Counted from the stretch's first letter, positions 18,991 to 30,040 are shown. The stretch is 64,000 nt of DNA from Candidatus Eiseniibacteriota bacterium (GCA_041483195.1 JBGPFC010000017.1:1-64000), one strand, 5' to 3'. The notes: a model not told the origin generated them from the sequence alone. Made by a program: numbers and translations.

Positions 18991-20289
18991 TCAACCCTGC
19001 CGGACCCAGCGCATGATCTCCGGAAGGGTGGGCGTCTTGCCGTACATGAGAAGCCCGATCCGGAACACGCGCGCGGTGGCCAGCAGGACCAGCAGCGCGG
19101 TGCCGGCGAGCAGCCCGATGGAAAGCGCGATCTGCCACGGGGGCACCGCGGCGTTGGGCGCGCTCATGCGCAGCATCATCGCCACCGGCGCCATCGGCGG
19201 GAACATCGAGAGCCCGACCGCGAGGTTCGAGCTCGGGCGGCCGATGATGGACGTCATCATGTAGAAGGGGATGAAGTTCATGAACGTGAACATGAACGCG
19301 AACTGCTGCGCCTCGCGCATGTTGTTCGTCATCGCCCCGATCCCGGTCATGAGCCCGCCGTAGAATAGGTAGCCGAGCAGGAAGTAGATCACGGCGAGCG
19401 CGATCATCGCGGGCGGAACCTGCACCTGCGCGAGCGCCAGCGCCGGGCCGGCCATCGTGGATCCCATCGCGATCCAGGAGCCGACGATGGTGAGCCCCGC
19501 GGCGCCGAGCCCGAGCAGCTTGCCGGTGAGCAGCTCCTCGGAGCTCACCGTGCACAGCATGGATTCGAGGATGCGCGATTCCTTCTCCTCGGCCACCCCC
19601 TGCAGCAGGTACTGGCCGCCGATCACGATCGAGAGACCCATCAGCATCCCGAAGGCGAACGGCAGCAGGAAGTCGAACAGCTCGCGCCGGTCGTCGTGCA
19701 GCTCGAAGACGCCCTGCGGGTTGAGCGTGTAGAGATCCATGCCGTGCGCCGGGCTCACGACCCGCGCGATGCGCAGCGAATCGGCCTCGCCGTGGAGGAG
19801 GCTTCGCACGATCCATCCCGACACCGTGCGCTCGTCCGACGATGAAAAGATGTTCGTCGATGCCGCGTAGCGCCGCAGCTTGCCCGTGGCGAGGTAGTCG
19901 GCCGGAATCACCAGCAGCTGGTTGATCGTGCTGTCGCGCAGCGCGTGCTCGCCGCCTGCCTGGTCTCCGAAGAACCGCACCTCGGTGCGGAACGACGTGG
20001 TCTTCGGCGCCGCCGTACGCGGACCCATCAGGTTGACGTCCGACGAAACGACGCCCTTGATCTCACGCGAACCGTCTGCGAACGAGCCCGATGAGTCCAC
20101 GACGCCCAGCACCCGGAAGTTCTTCATCTGCTCGAGGCGCTCGCTGATCTGGGGCTTGATCATGATGAACATCAGGAACGCGTAGAGCGCGGGGGTGCCG
20201 ATGATCGTGAAGAGAAACGCCTTTCTCCGGATCGTGGTCAGATACTCGCGCCGCGCGATGGTAAAGGCCCGGGCCGGGGTGAAGCTCAT
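18991..20289 (-). CDS. ABC-2 transporter permease (NatB-like)
   Basis: IARREY, VAEEKESRILESML, GKLLG; ATG overlaps ATPase stop. Confidence 0.9.
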   Translation of the reverse strand: MSFTPARAFTIARREYLTTIRRKAFLFTIIGTPALYAFLMFIMIKPQISERLEQMKNFRVLGVVDSSGSFADGSREIKGVVSSDVNLMGPRTAAPKTTSFRTEVRFFGDQAGGEHALRDSTINQLLVIPADYLATGKLRRYAASTNIFSSSDERTVSGWIVRSLLHGEADSLRIARVVSPAHGMDLYTLNPQGVFELHDDRRELFDFLLPFAFGMLMGLSIVIGGQYLLQGVAEEKESRILESMLCTVSSEELLTGKLLGLGAAGLTIVGSWIAMGSTMAGPALALAQVQVPPAMIALAVIYFLLGYLFYGGLMTGIGAMTNNMREAQQFAFMFTFMNFIPFYMMTSIIGRPSSNLAVGLSMFPPMAPVAMMLRMSAPNAAVPPWQIALSIGLLAGTALLVLLATARVFRIGLLMYGKTPTLPEIMRWVRQG

Positions 20290-21239
20290 CGCGCACCTCC
20301 CGCCACCAGCGCCTCGTCCACGGTGGGCGGACCGCTCTGCCCGTGATCGAGGCCCAGCCCCTCGCGCACCACCTTCACGAAGATGTCCTCGAGCGGAAGC
20401 GTGGCGTGCGAGAACTGCTCGATGGCGACGTCCGCCGCGAGCAGCGCCTGCAGCACCGCGCGGGGCGCGACCCCGGGTTCGAGCGTGAGCTTGTGGTCGC
20501 CGTTGAACGCCTCGATGCTGTGGACTCCGGCCACGCGCGCCGGCATGGTGTTCGACCGCACCAGCAGCGCGTCGTCGGAGTACTGGCGGCGGATGTCGCG
20601 CACTGTCCCGTACAGCACCATGTGGCCGCGGTTGATCATCAGCGCGCGGTCGCACTGCTCTTCGACCTTGTTCATCTGGTGGGTCGAGAGCAGGACGGTG
20701 GCGCCCGCCGCCCGGCGCTCGCGCAGGATTTCCTCGAGCAGATCCACGTTGAGCGGATCGAGGCCGCTGAACGGCTCGTCCAGGATCATGAGGCGCGGGC
20801 TGCCGATCAGCGCGGTGCAGAGCTGCACCTTCTGCTGCATGCCCTTCGACAGCGCCTGCACCTGCTTCGCGCTCCAGTCCTTGAGACCCACGCGATCCAG
20901 CAGCGCCATCCCTTCGTCGTGCGCCGCGCGACCGCTCATCCCCTTCAGCGTTCCGAAGTAGGCGAGCGCCTCGATCACGCGCACGCGGCGATAGAGCCCG
21001 CGCTCCTCCGGGAGGTAGCTGATCTCGTTGCGGCGCAGGCCGCCGATCGGGCGTCCGTCGAGCATGATGGTGCCGGAGTCGGGCCGCAGGATGTCGGTGA
21101 TCATCCGGATCAGCGTGGTCTTGCCCGCTCCGTTGGGCCCGAGCAGCGCGAAGATCTCGCCGGGATGAACGTCGAACGAGACGCGGTGGACCACCGCGCG
21201 CTGGTCGTAGGTCTTGACGACGTCACGGACTTCGAGCAT
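20286..21239 (-). CDS. ABC transporter ATP-binding protein
   Basis: GPNGAGKT, LSKGMQQK, ILDEPFSGLDP, STH. Confidence 0.95.
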   Translation of the reverse strand: MLEVRDVVKTYDQRAVVHRVSFDVHPGEIFALLGPNGAGKTTLIRMITDILRPDSGTIMLDGRPIGGLRRNEISYLPEERGLYRRVRVIEALAYFGTLKGMSGRAAHDEGMALLDRVGLKDWSAKQVQALSKGMQQKVQLCTALIGSPRLMILDEPFSGLDPLNVDLLEEILRERRAAGATVLLSTHQMNKVEEQCDRALMINRGHMVLYGTVRDIRRQYSDDALLVRSNTMPARVAGVHSIEAFNGDHKLTLEPGVAPRAVLQALLAADVAIEQFSHATLPLEDIFVKVVREGLGLDHGQSGPPTVDEALVAGGAR

Positions 21240-21602
21240 GAACCCCTCCCGGATGGCCGGCGCGTCGCGTCGCTTCGGGGCGAGCCGAGTACGGAGCGTG
21301 CGAGCGCGCAGACACTAGGAGAATCGCCGCATCGTCTCAAGGCTTCGTCGGCCGATGGCGACCAGCGCGGACCGGGCGCCGACCGGCGCGGGCCGGACGG
21401 GGCGCCGCCCGCGGACCCCCTGGCCTCCGGCTCGGCGCGCCCACCGCGGCCGCGACGATCCGCGAAGAATCCCGTCAACCGAACCCCCCGCGAGGCCGAT
21501 AGATAGTCCTAGAATTACCGTGCGCTCCGCCGTACCGATCGCCCGGATCCGGGCGCCATCAAGGACCCGCGATCGTCACCTCAGCCCAGGAAGAACGCGT
21601 TC

Positions 21603-22889
21603 ATGGCCTCGAATCGAGATTCCGGTCTGCCGCGTGCCGTCCGCGCGGCTTCGGCGTTCGTGTCGCTGCTCGCGATGTTCGCCGCCGCCGGCTGCGGCAC
21701 CAAGAAGCTGCTCGCCCCGATCGTGCTGCCCCCGCTGTCGCGCGTCGTCATCTCCGTTGGGAGCGACACCACCGTGGTCGCCGACACCGTCAAGTCGAAC
21801 GGCTCGATCCAGTTCTCGGCCACCGCGTTCGACACCGGCGGCGCGCCGGTGGCGGCCGCCGCGGCGTCCTGGATCAGCACCAACACCGCGGTCTTCACGG
21901 TGGATGGCGGCGGCCGGGTCCTCGGCAAATCCGAAGGCACGGCGCTGCTCATCGCGCACGCGTCCGACAAGACCGACAGCGTCGCGATCCTGGTGCTGCC
22001 CGCGACCGGCGGGTGGCTGATGCAGGTCAGCAACTCGGCCCGCCAGCTCAACGGCGTGTTCTTCGACGCCGATGGCCGTCACGGATGGGTCGTCGGCGGC
22101 GGCGGAGAGATCCTCGCCACGACCGACGCGGGTGCGACGTGGGCGCGTCAGATCAGCAACACGATCTTCAACCTGAACGCCGTGTGGTTCACCGACGCCG
22201 ACAGCGGATGGGCCGTCGGCAACGGGGGAACCGCGCTGCACACCACCGACGGCGGCAACACCTGGCGCCTGATCCCGACCGGAGCCGGCGAAAATCTGAT
22301 GGGCGTCACCTTCGCGTTCGCGGACACCGGGTGGATCGTCGGCAGCTCGGGGGCGATCTTGCGCACCAACAACTGGGGCGCGACGTGGTCGAAGCAGAAT
22401 CCCACGAGCTTCGCGCTGCGCGGCGTCTCGTTCGCCGGCACGCGCCGAGGCTGGGCGGTTGGCGACAACGGCACCATTCTCGGCACCGTGGATCGCGGAT
22501 TGAGCTGGACCCTCGAGTCCCCGGTCACCGCTCAATCGCTCCGTGCCGTGAAGCGGCGCTCGGAATTCGTCGCGCTCGCCGCGGGACTGCAGGGCGTGAC
22601 GCCGCGCACCAGCGACGTGGCGAACCTGCCGGTCTGGTCGCTTCAGAACAGCGGCGCGACGAATCAGCTCGGAGGCGTGGCCTGCCCCGGCGACTCGCTG
22701 TGCTTCGCGGTGGGGTTCGACGGCAGCGGCCTGGTGCTGCGGACCGACGATGCCGGCGCGACCTGGCAATCGCAGGCGGTCCCCGCCACGAATCCGCTGA
22801 ACGCCGTGTTCTTCGTGGACGCGCTCCGCGGCTGGGCGGTGGGAGACAACGGCCGCATCGTTCACACCGGGAGCGGCGGGAAGCCCTGA
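21603..22889 (+). CDS. Lipoprotein with Ig-like domain and YCF48/BNR beta-propeller
   Basis: Lipobox AAGC; repeated GWxVGxxGxIxxTxDGGxTW units. Confidence 0.85.
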   Translation: MASNRDSGLPRAVRAASAFVSLLAMFAAAGCGTKKLLAPIVLPPLSRVVISVGSDTTVVADTVKSNGSIQFSATAFDTGGAPVAAAAASWISTNTAVFTVDGGGRVLGKSEGTALLIAHASDKTDSVAILVLPATGGWLMQVSNSARQLNGVFFDADGRHGWVVGGGGEILATTDAGATWARQISNTIFNLNAVWFTDADSGWAVGNGGTALHTTDGGNTWRLIPTGAGENLMGVTFAFADTGWIVGSSGAILRTNNWGATWSKQNPTSFALRGVSFAGTRRGWAVGDNGTILGTVDRGLSWTLESPVTAQSLRAVKRRSEFVALAAGLQGVTPRTSDVANLPVWSLQNSGATNQLGGVACPGDSLCFAVGFDGSGLVLRTDDAGATWQSQAVPATNPLNAVFFVDALRGWAVGDNGRIVHTGSGGKP

Positions 22890-22963
22890 CCGGCCTTCCA
22901 CCCGTGCTAGACTGCGGCGCGCCTCGCGAGCGGCGCGCCGCAGTCATGTCCCCGGGAGGCCCG

Positions 22964-23467
22964 ATGTCGAAGCGGCTCGTCGTGGTGGACGCCTACAACC
23001 TCATTCTGCGCACGCCCGCGCTCAAGCCGGGCGAGGGACGCACGCTGCGCGAGTCGCGCGAGAAGCTGCTCAATCTGCTGGCGTGGAGCATGGGGCGGGA
23101 TGCGGACTTCATCGTCGTCTTCGACGGGGCGGCCGTCCGGGGGCACGACCAGCGGCACGGCGAGGTCGAGGAGCGCTACTCCGTGCCCCCCGACAAGGCC
23201 GACGATCTCATCCGGAAGATCGTCGAAGAGCGCATCGACCGGGTGGAACACCTCACGGTGGTGACGTCCGATCTCGAGGTGGCGCGCCACGCCCGCGGGA
23301 TGGGGGCCGACATCGCGCTCGCGGATCTGTTCCTCGCCAGCGTGCTGGGGCCGGCATCCAGCGGCGAGCCCGAGAAGCCGTCCACCCTCACGAAGAAAGA
23401 TCTCGAGGCGTGGGTGGAATTGTTCCGCGCCCGCCGCGGCGCCGACGCTCCCGAAGACGAAGCCTGA
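22964..23467 (+). CDS. NYN/YacP-like PIN-domain protein
   Basis: VVVDAYNL, VVFDG, ADDLI, VVTSD; RBS GGAGG. Confidence 0.85.
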   Translation: MSKRLVVVDAYNLILRTPALKPGEGRTLRESREKLLNLLAWSMGRDADFIVVFDGAAVRGHDQRHGEVEERYSVPPDKADDLIRKIVEERIDRVEHLTVVTSDLEVARHARGMGADIALADLFLASVLGPASSGEPEKPSTLTKKDLEAWVELFRARRGADAPEDEA

Positions 23468-23542
23468 CCGGGCGCGACGCGAAGGGCGGCCCGCCCGCAG
23501 GCAAGCCGCCCCTTCGCTTCGGGACTCTCGTCCCCTGGATTC

Positions 23543-24502
23543 CTAGGGAATGAAGTTGGCCAGCATGGTCGGCCGCACGACGAACGGCAGGATCCAGGCC
23601 TGCGAGTCGTACGGGAGCGTGTCGTCGAACAGCGTGCCGTGCGAGAACGCGTTCACGCCGAGATGGTTCACGCCCCTCCAGAACGGCGAGCGCCAGACGC
23701 CGGTGTAGGTGTTGTCGCCGTTGTTGTGGAACATCGCGCGCAGCCCGCGCGACATCAGCACCACGACATCGTCGTTGCGCCCCGTCGTCACCGTGAGCCG
23801 AACGCTGTCGCCGGCGTCGAACGCCATGAACTGACGCAACCGGAAGAACGCGAGCGGATCGGTGACGGTGGTCTCGCGATCGGCCGTCGCGATCTTGAGG
23901 CTCAGGATCTTCGTGGTGGCGCTCCGCGACGTGACCTCGACGCCGGACGACGCCGCGATCCGCCAGCGGCGGTTGCGGTCGTCGTTGTCGCCGTCACCGC
24001 GCACGCGCTTCAGGAGCACGCGGCGCACCCAGTGGTCGGCGAGCGGCTTGCGCACGATCAGCAGGCGCATGCTGTCGCTCGCGGCGACTTCGGGCCGGGG
24101 GCCGGTCGCGATGTTGAACGTGCCCTTCAGGAGCTTGTGGAAGGTGACGATCGCGGTCGTCGGCCGGCCGGTCGTGTCGGTGTCCGCGAACGCGAACTCG
24201 AAGCTGCGGTCGACGCTCGTGATGTTCCGCCAGTACATGAGCGGTCGGATCGCCGCGAACCCGCCGGGGCCGGACGGGAGCGTGCCCTGGTCCGGGCTCT
24301 CGAACACGCCGTCTTCGATCAGCTCGGGCGCCGCGGCCATTGCGGATGAGGCCTCGGCCTGATCGTTGGCGGGAGTGCCTGACGAGCCGCCGCTCGAAGA
24401 GGCGCCCACCGGCGAAAGCGGAGTGCTGGTTTTCTTGCCGCAGCCGCTCGACAACCCGGCCACGATGAAGAGCGCGATGGCGAAGCGGAACGTTGCCTTC
24501 AT
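23543..24502 (-). CDS. Hypothetical lipoprotein
   Basis: RBS GAGGAGG; lipobox LSSGC; Ser/Gly linker then beta-rich domain. Confidence 0.75.
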   Translation of the reverse strand: MKATFRFAIALFIVAGLSSGCGKKTSTPLSPVGASSSGGSSGTPANDQAEASSAMAAAPELIEDGVFESPDQGTLPSGPGGFAAIRPLMYWRNITSVDRSFEFAFADTDTTGRPTTAIVTFHKLLKGTFNIATGPRPEVAASDSMRLLIVRKPLADHWVRRVLLKRVRGDGDNDDRNRRWRIAASSGVEVTSRSATTKILSLKIATADRETTVTDPLAFFRLRQFMAFDAGDSVRLTVTTGRNDDVVVLMSRGLRAMFHNNGDNTYTGVWRSPFWRGVNHLGVNAFSHGTLFDDTLPYDSQAWILPFVVRPTMLANFIP

Positions 24503-24589
24503 GTGATTCCGTCCTCCTCTGGACCGCCGGATCGAGAACCGGCCGGGAACATCAGGGCAAGGAATGCGATGGGGACGGGGCAGCGCACT

Positions 24590-24604
24590 GCACTCCCCAT
24601 GCCA
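24590..24604 (-). promoter_or_regulatory. Putative sigma54 -24/-12 promoter
   Basis: TGGCAT-GGGGA-GTGC(A), correct spacing and orientation for the 24502 gene. Confidence 0.5.
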
Positions 24605-24830
24605 CGCGCGGCCGCGCGCCAAGCCGTTGCCGCGCAACGCGGGCGCGTCGAAACCGGGCCGGAGCGTGTACCCATGCGGCCACCGCCGTGAACGCGGTCG
24701 GCCCGAACGGGGACACCACGCGAACGGGGCGGAAGCCCGAAGGACTCCGCCCCGTCGCGATTCCACACGGCGCCGGCGCCATGCGACACCGCGCGGATGG
24801 GCGCGGCGCGCCGGCGGATTCCGGCGAAGC

Positions 24831-25604
24831 TCACTTCATGACGATCACGTCGTTGGTGTTGAACACCAGCTCGGTGCCTTCCTTGATGACGACCTGATAG
24901 CCCTTGCTCTTCGCGACGGCGCCGGTTCCGGCCGCCGCCCCGATCAGGCCTCCGATCAGCGCGCCCTTGTTGCTCCCGCCCACCGCCTTGCCGATGAGCG
25001 CGCCGGCCGCCGCGCTGCCCGCGATCGCGCCGAGGTTCCGCGCGCGCGTCGAGCCCGCGATGATGCTGTCGGCGGTCGCGTGAACCGCGTGGCTGGTTCC
25101 CCCGACGTCGATGGAGCGCACGCCCAGCACGAGGAAGGCGCGCGAGCCTTTCTCCGCGCCCTCCGAGGCGAGCACCACACCCGAGACCGTGCTGCCCGCC
25201 GGAATCGGCGCGGCCATTCCGATCACGACCGGAGCCGACACCGTTCCGGTCCACGCATCGCCCGGCTTCGCGGTCTCGGAGGAGATCTGCGCGTTCACCG
25301 TGATCTTGATTCCCGTTCCCGCCGGCATCGCGACGCCGGGATTCGAGGGGGCGGTCGCCTGCGGCGCCGGCTTCGACTTCGGCTTCGAAGCCGGGGCGGC
25401 CGCTGGCGCGGGCGGAGCCTGCGCTTGCGGCTTGGGTTCCTGATACTGCGACTGCGGGGTGATGTCGCCCTGCGGGGTCTCGACCGGGTTCGCGGAGAGC
25501 AGGCTGTCGCTGCTGGTCGCCGCGGCCTGTTCGGACTTCTTGGCGCAACCTGCAAGCGTCACCACCATCAGCGTGATGCCCAGCATCCATGCCATTCGAC
25601 GCAT
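24831..25604 (-). CDS. Lipoprotein with Pro/Ala linker and glycine zipper
   Basis: RBS GAGGAGG; LAGC; GSAAAGALIG...GALIGGLIGAAAG. Confidence 0.8.
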   Translation of the reverse strand: MRRMAWMLGITLMVVTLAGCAKKSEQAAATSSDSLLSANPVETPQGDITPQSQYQEPKPQAQAPPAPAAAPASKPKSKPAPQATAPSNPGVAMPAGTGIKITVNAQISSETAKPGDAWTGTVSAPVVIGMAAPIPAGSTVSGVVLASEGAEKGSRAFLVLGVRSIDVGGTSHAVHATADSIIAGSTRARNLGAIAGSAAAGALIGKAVGGSNKGALIGGLIGAAAGTGAVAKSKGYQVVIKEGTELVFNTNDVIVMK

Positions 25605-25898
25605 AAGAGTGATCCTCCTCGTGATTCCGGCGTTGGCGCCGGCCTGGCGGCCTGGTTCGCCGCGTCGTCATCGTCGAAGCCCGTCTCAAGTCTCGTGGAG
25701 CGCGCGCGGGAGCGGTGCGCGTCCGGTCACCCGGCCCCGGCCACCGCGACGGGGTATCGGTAGCGAGGCCCGCGCAGGCTAACACGTTTTCGCGCCGGCG
25801 ATGCGTCCGGATCGGACGGCTTGGGCGAATCGCGGGCATCCGTTACGCTCGCGCGCGCAATCGGCCTCACGCGCGTACGACTCCTCCGGAGGTGGCGC

Positions 25899-27416
25899 AT
25901 GGATGTGGTGCTTCGTCGCGGCAACGTCACCGCCCGGCGCGCGGGTGCGCTCGCGCTCGGGATTCTCGAAGGCGAGCGCGAATTGAGCGGCGCCTCGGCG
26001 GCCGTGGACCGCGCCACGCGCGGGGCGATCCGCGCGATCCGCAAGCGCGGCGATTTCACGGGACGCTTCCTCGATGTGGCCGTGCTCTACCCGCCGGGCC
26101 TCAAGGCGGCGCGACTCATCCTGGTCGGCCTCGGGCCGCGCGCGGAGCTCACGGCGCACCGCGTGCGGCAGGCCGCGGGCCGCGCCGCTCGGCGCGCGCG
26201 GGAGCTGGGCGCCCGATCGCTGACCACCGTCGTGCACGGCGCGGGGCGCGGGGGGCTCGACCCCGAGCGCGCGGCGCAGGCGGTGGCCGAGGGCTCGGTC
26301 CTTGGGCACTACCGCTTCACAGCGTACCGCAGCGAGGCCGCGGCCGCTCCACTCGGGAGCGTCGAGATCTTCGAGCAGGATCCGGCGCTCGCGAAACGGC
26401 TCGCACCCGCCGTGGAGCGCGGCGCGCGCATCGCGGAAGGCGCGTGCCTCGCGCGCGATCTCGCGAACACGCCCGGACAGGACCTCACTCCCGAAGGACT
26501 CGCCGACCGGGCGCGCGAGATCGGCCGCCAGTGCGGCGCCCGCGTCGAGGTGCTGGGCGTGCCGCAGCTCGAGCGGTTGGGCATGGGCGCGCTGCTCGGG
26601 GTCGGCCGCGGCAGCATCCATCCGCCGCGCTTCATCGTGCTCGAGCGCGCTCCGCGCGCCGTGCGCGGCGCGAAGCCGCCGACCATCGTGCTGATCGGCA
26701 AGGGCGTGACGTTCGACACCGGCGGCATCTCGCTCAAGCCGCGCGAGAACATGCAGAAGATGAAGTACGACATGTCGGGGGCCGCGGCGGTGCTCGGCAC
26801 GTTCGCCGCGCTTCCCACGATCGATCCTCGCGCGCGCGTGATCGGACTCATCCCCTCCGCCGAGAACATGCCGGGCGGCCGCGCGCTCAAGCCCGGCGAC
26901 GTGGTGCGCGCGCTGAACGGCGTCACCATCGAGGTGACGAACACCGACGCGGAGGGCCGCCTGCTGCTCGCGGACGCGCTGAGTTACGCGCAGCGCCTCG
27001 AGGCTGACGTCGTGGTGGATCTCGCGACGCTGACCGGCGCGATCTCGATCGCGCTGGGCCATCTCGCGGCGGGGCTGTTCACAGACGACGACGCGCTGGC
27101 GGCCGAGCTGACGGCCGCGGGGGAGGCCACCGGGGAGCGGCTGTGGCGCATGCCGGTGTGGGACGAGTACGCCGAAGAGATGAAGGGCGACACCGCCGAT
27201 CTCGTGAACTCTTCGGTGCGCGAAGGCGGCGCGATCCTGGGCGCCGTGTTCCTCAAGCGCTTCGCGCGCGGGCTCAAATGGGCGCATCTCGACATCGCGA
27301 GCACGGCGTGGACGGTGGCGGACCGCCCGCACGAGCCGAAGGGTCCGACCGGATTCGGCGTGCGATTGCTGCTGGAGTGGATCAATTCCCGCGCGGGGGC
27401 TTCGCGGCCGGCTTGA
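25899..27416 (+). CDS. pepA: Leucyl aminopeptidase (M17)
   Basis: GKGVTFDTGG, MKYDMSG, NTDAEGRL, ATLTGA, WAHLDIA. Confidence 0.96.
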   Translation: MDVVLRRGNVTARRAGALALGILEGERELSGASAAVDRATRGAIRAIRKRGDFTGRFLDVAVLYPPGLKAARLILVGLGPRAELTAHRVRQAAGRAARRARELGARSLTTVVHGAGRGGLDPERAAQAVAEGSVLGHYRFTAYRSEAAAAPLGSVEIFEQDPALAKRLAPAVERGARIAEGACLARDLANTPGQDLTPEGLADRAREIGRQCGARVEVLGVPQLERLGMGALLGVGRGSIHPPRFIVLERAPRAVRGAKPPTIVLIGKGVTFDTGGISLKPRENMQKMKYDMSGAAAVLGTFAALPTIDPRARVIGLIPSAENMPGGRALKPGDVVRALNGVTIEVTNTDAEGRLLLADALSYAQRLEADVVVDLATLTGAISIALGHLAAGLFTDDDALAAELTAAGEATGERLWRMPVWDEYAEEMKGDTADLVNSSVREGGAILGAVFLKRFARGLKWAHLDIASTAWTVADRPHEPKGPTGFGVRLLLEWINSRAGASRPA

Positions 27417-28140
27417 CCGGCGGCGCGTCGCGCTCGACGCGCAATTCGTTCGCCGGCTGCGCGAGCCGCAGCATGTGCCCATCGGGTCCGATCCACGCGA
27501 GATATTCGGTCCGCGCGTCCGCGAAGCGGAGCTTGCGGGTGACGACCGGCTTCGCGCCCCAGCGGAGGGTCTCCTTCCCGAGGTCGGTGGCGGTGATCTC
27601 CATGACGCTGTCGCGGTCGCCCAGCACCACCACCTGCAGCGGGCGGCTGTCGAAGACGCGGTCGTACAGGTTCCGGCACATGATGTCGAACAGCACGAAC
27701 ACCTGCGAATCCACGACGAACATGCGCCCGGGCGGGCGCACCAGCCGGTCGCCCTCGCCGTGGCCGCCGCCTTCGCGATACGAGGTGAACGCCGTGTCGT
27801 TGACCCAGAGCCCGCGCACGAGCTCGCGGCCGCCGATCTTGAGACGGGACTGGTAGAACTTGAGGTCGTAGTCGAGAGGCCTCACGACCACCGCGACCTG
27901 CTTGTCGATGGGCAGGTCGCCGTCGGGGCCCTGCAGGGTCTGAGCCACGTGCGAGATGATCATCAGGCTGTCGCCGTGATTCTCGAACGAGAAGGTCTCG
28001 GTGCCGAGCGCGCGATCGCCCTGGTAGACGCGGTAGCCGCCGCTGTCGATGACGCCGCCGGGCGGAGCGGGGGCCGCGCCCACCAGCCCGACCAGCAGCG
28101 CGAGCGGCCACATGAGACGGGACAGCATTCGGAGATTCAT
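27382..28140 (-). CDS. Secreted hypothetical beta-rich protein
   Basis: Signal peptide; GC3-biased codons. Confidence 0.7.
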   Translation of the reverse strand: MNLRMLSRLMWPLALLVGLVGAAPAPPGGVIDSGGYRVYQGDRALGTETFSFENHGDSLMIISHVAQTLQGPDGDLPIDKQVAVVVRPLDYDLKFYQSRLKIGGRELVRGLWVNDTAFTSYREGGGHGEGDRLVRPPGRMFVVDSQVFVLFDIMCRNLYDRVFDSRPLQVVVLGDRDSVMEITATDLGKETLRWGAKPVVTRKLRFADARTEYLAWIGPDGHMLRLAQPANELRVERDAPPVKPAAKPPRGN

Positions 28141-28173
28141 GTGGGAAACGGTAGCACAGCGAGGGAGGCGTCC

Positions 28174-28617
28174 ATGTCAGGCACTTTGCAATGGTGGGGC
28201 CCGCCGCTGGCGCTGGTCCTGATGGCGGGCTGCGCCAGCCCGCGACCGGGCGGCGCCGTGGCGGAGACCCCGGGGGCGGGCGCAGAGGCCGTTCCGGGGG
28301 CGAGGGTGGGGCATCTGCGGGCCGCGGAGGTGAGAGGCTTCCTCGGCGCGCATCCCGACGCGCTGGTGCTCGACGTCCGGAACCCGGATGAATGGAACGA
28401 CGACCTGGGTCACATCGACGGCGCGCGCCAGATCCCGCTCCCCGAGCTCGACCACCGCCTCGTGGAGATCGAGGCATGGAAGGACCGGCCCGTGGTCGCG
28501 GTGTGCCGGGTCGGAGCCCGCAGCGCCCGCGCGGCCGACGCGCTCGCGGCCGCGGGATTCCGGCAGGTGTTCAATCTCGATGGCGGGATGGCGGCCTACC
28601 GCCGCGCGGGGAACTAG
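28174..28617 (+). CDS. Rhodanese-like lipoprotein
   Basis: MAGC lipobox; LDVRNPDEW, GHIDGA, CRVGARS, NLDGGM. Confidence 0.9.
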   Translation: MSGTLQWWGPPLALVLMAGCASPRPGGAVAETPGAGAEAVPGARVGHLRAAEVRGFLGAHPDALVLDVRNPDEWNDDLGHIDGARQIPLPELDHRLVEIEAWKDRPVVAVCRVGARSARAADALAAAGFRQVFNLDGGMAAYRRAGN

Positions 28618-28660
28618 CCGGGCGACGCGGCCGGCCGCGCGCGCCGGAGCGCGAGCCGCA

Positions 28661-30040
28661 TCAGCCCGTGCGCGCCGGCTCGAGACGCGCGACGCACTCG
28701 ATGTGCGGCGTGTGCGGGAAGAGATCGAACGGCGTGACCTCGTCGAGGGCGTAGCCCCCGGCCGCGAAATCCTTGAGATCGCGCGCGAGCGTCCCCGGAT
28801 TGCACGACACGTATACCACGCGCCGCGGATGCAGCTCGGTGACGCGCGCCACCACGCGCGGGTGAAGCCCGGAGCGTGGCGGATCCACCACCACCACCTG
28901 CGGCCGGGGCGCGTCCGGACGCTCGCCTCGCGCCCACTCGCGGAGCACGGCGCGCGCCTCGCCCTCGACGAAGCGCGCGTTCGCGATGCCGTTGCGCGCG
29001 GCGTTGCGTCGCGCGAGCGCGATCGCGTCCGGGACGCTCTCGACGCCGATCGCCTCGCGCGCGGCGCGCGCGAACAGCAGCGTGAGCGTTCCGGTGCCGC
29101 AGTACAGGTCGAGCAGGGTCTCGCCCTCCGTGATTCCCGCGGCCTCGAGCGCCGCGCGGTAGAGCGCCTCGGCCTGGCGGCTGTTGGTCTGCAGGAACGC
29201 GTTCGCCGAAACCTCGAAGTCGAGATCGAGCAGGCGCTCGCGGATCACGCCGTCGCCGATCAGCGCGCGCTCCCGCTCGCCGAACGCGACGTTGGCGCGC
29301 GAGTCGTTGATGAGCAGCGTCACGGTCTTCACCGCCTTCGAGAGCGCGGCCACCGCGCGCGCCCATTCCTCGAGCCCCGCCATCTCGCCGGCCGCGGCCA
29401 CCAGGTGCACGGCGCACTCGTCGGTGAGCGGCAGATGGCGCACCGTGAGAAAGCGCACGTCGCCATGGTGCTGGCGCGGGTGGTACGCGCGCCACGCGCG
29501 ATCGCGCGCGAAGCGCTGCGTGAGGCGCACGATCTCGACCGTGAGCGCGCTGGGCAGCAGGCAGTCCTCGAGCTCGAACACGCTGTCGAACGCGCCGCGA
29601 TCGTGGAGCCCGAGCCGCGCGACCCCCCCGGCATCCGGCGCGAAGCTGAACTCCATCTTGTTGCGATAGCGAAACACCTCGGGCGCGCCGACGATGGCGC
29701 GCACCCGGGGCTCGGCGATGCCGCCGAGATGCACGAGCGTTTCGCGCACCTGCCGCTCCTTCGCCTCGAGCTGCCGCGCGTAATCCAGCTCCTGAAACCG
29801 GCAGCCGCCGCAGCGCGCGACGTGCGGGCAGCGCGGCTCGATGCGATCGGGAGCGGCGCGCTCGATCCGCTCGAGGCGAGCCTCCGCGAAGCTGCGCTTG
29901 ACCCTCGTGATCCGGGCCTCGATGCGGTCGCCAGGCAGACCGCGGTCCACGAAGACCACGCGGCCGTCCTGCCGGGCGATCGCCTTGCCACCGAGCGCGA
30001 GGTCCTGAATGTCGAGGATTGACAGCTCGTTGACGCGCAT
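28661..30040 (-). CDS. rlmD: 23S rRNA (uracil-5)-methyltransferase RlmD
   Basis: TRAM domain; CGGC Fe-S motif; AFLQTN; LDLYCGTG; VDPPRSG; YVSCNP; FPHTPHIE. Confidence 0.95.
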   Translation of the reverse strand: MRVNELSILDIQDLALGGKAIARQDGRVVFVDRGLPGDRIEARITRVKRSFAEARLERIERAAPDRIEPRCPHVARCGGCRFQELDYARQLEAKERQVRETLVHLGGIAEPRVRAIVGAPEVFRYRNKMEFSFAPDAGGVARLGLHDRGAFDSVFELEDCLLPSALTVEIVRLTQRFARDRAWRAYHPRQHHGDVRFLTVRHLPLTDECAVHLVAAAGEMAGLEEWARAVAALSKAVKTVTLLINDSRANVAFGERERALIGDGVIRERLLDLDFEVSANAFLQTNSRQAEALYRAALEAAGITEGETLLDLYCGTGTLTLLFARAAREAIGVESVPDAIALARRNAARNGIANARFVEGEARAVLREWARGERPDAPRPQVVVVDPPRSGLHPRVVARVTELHPRRVVYVSCNPGTLARDLKDFAAGGYALDEVTPFDLFPHTPHIECVARLEPARTG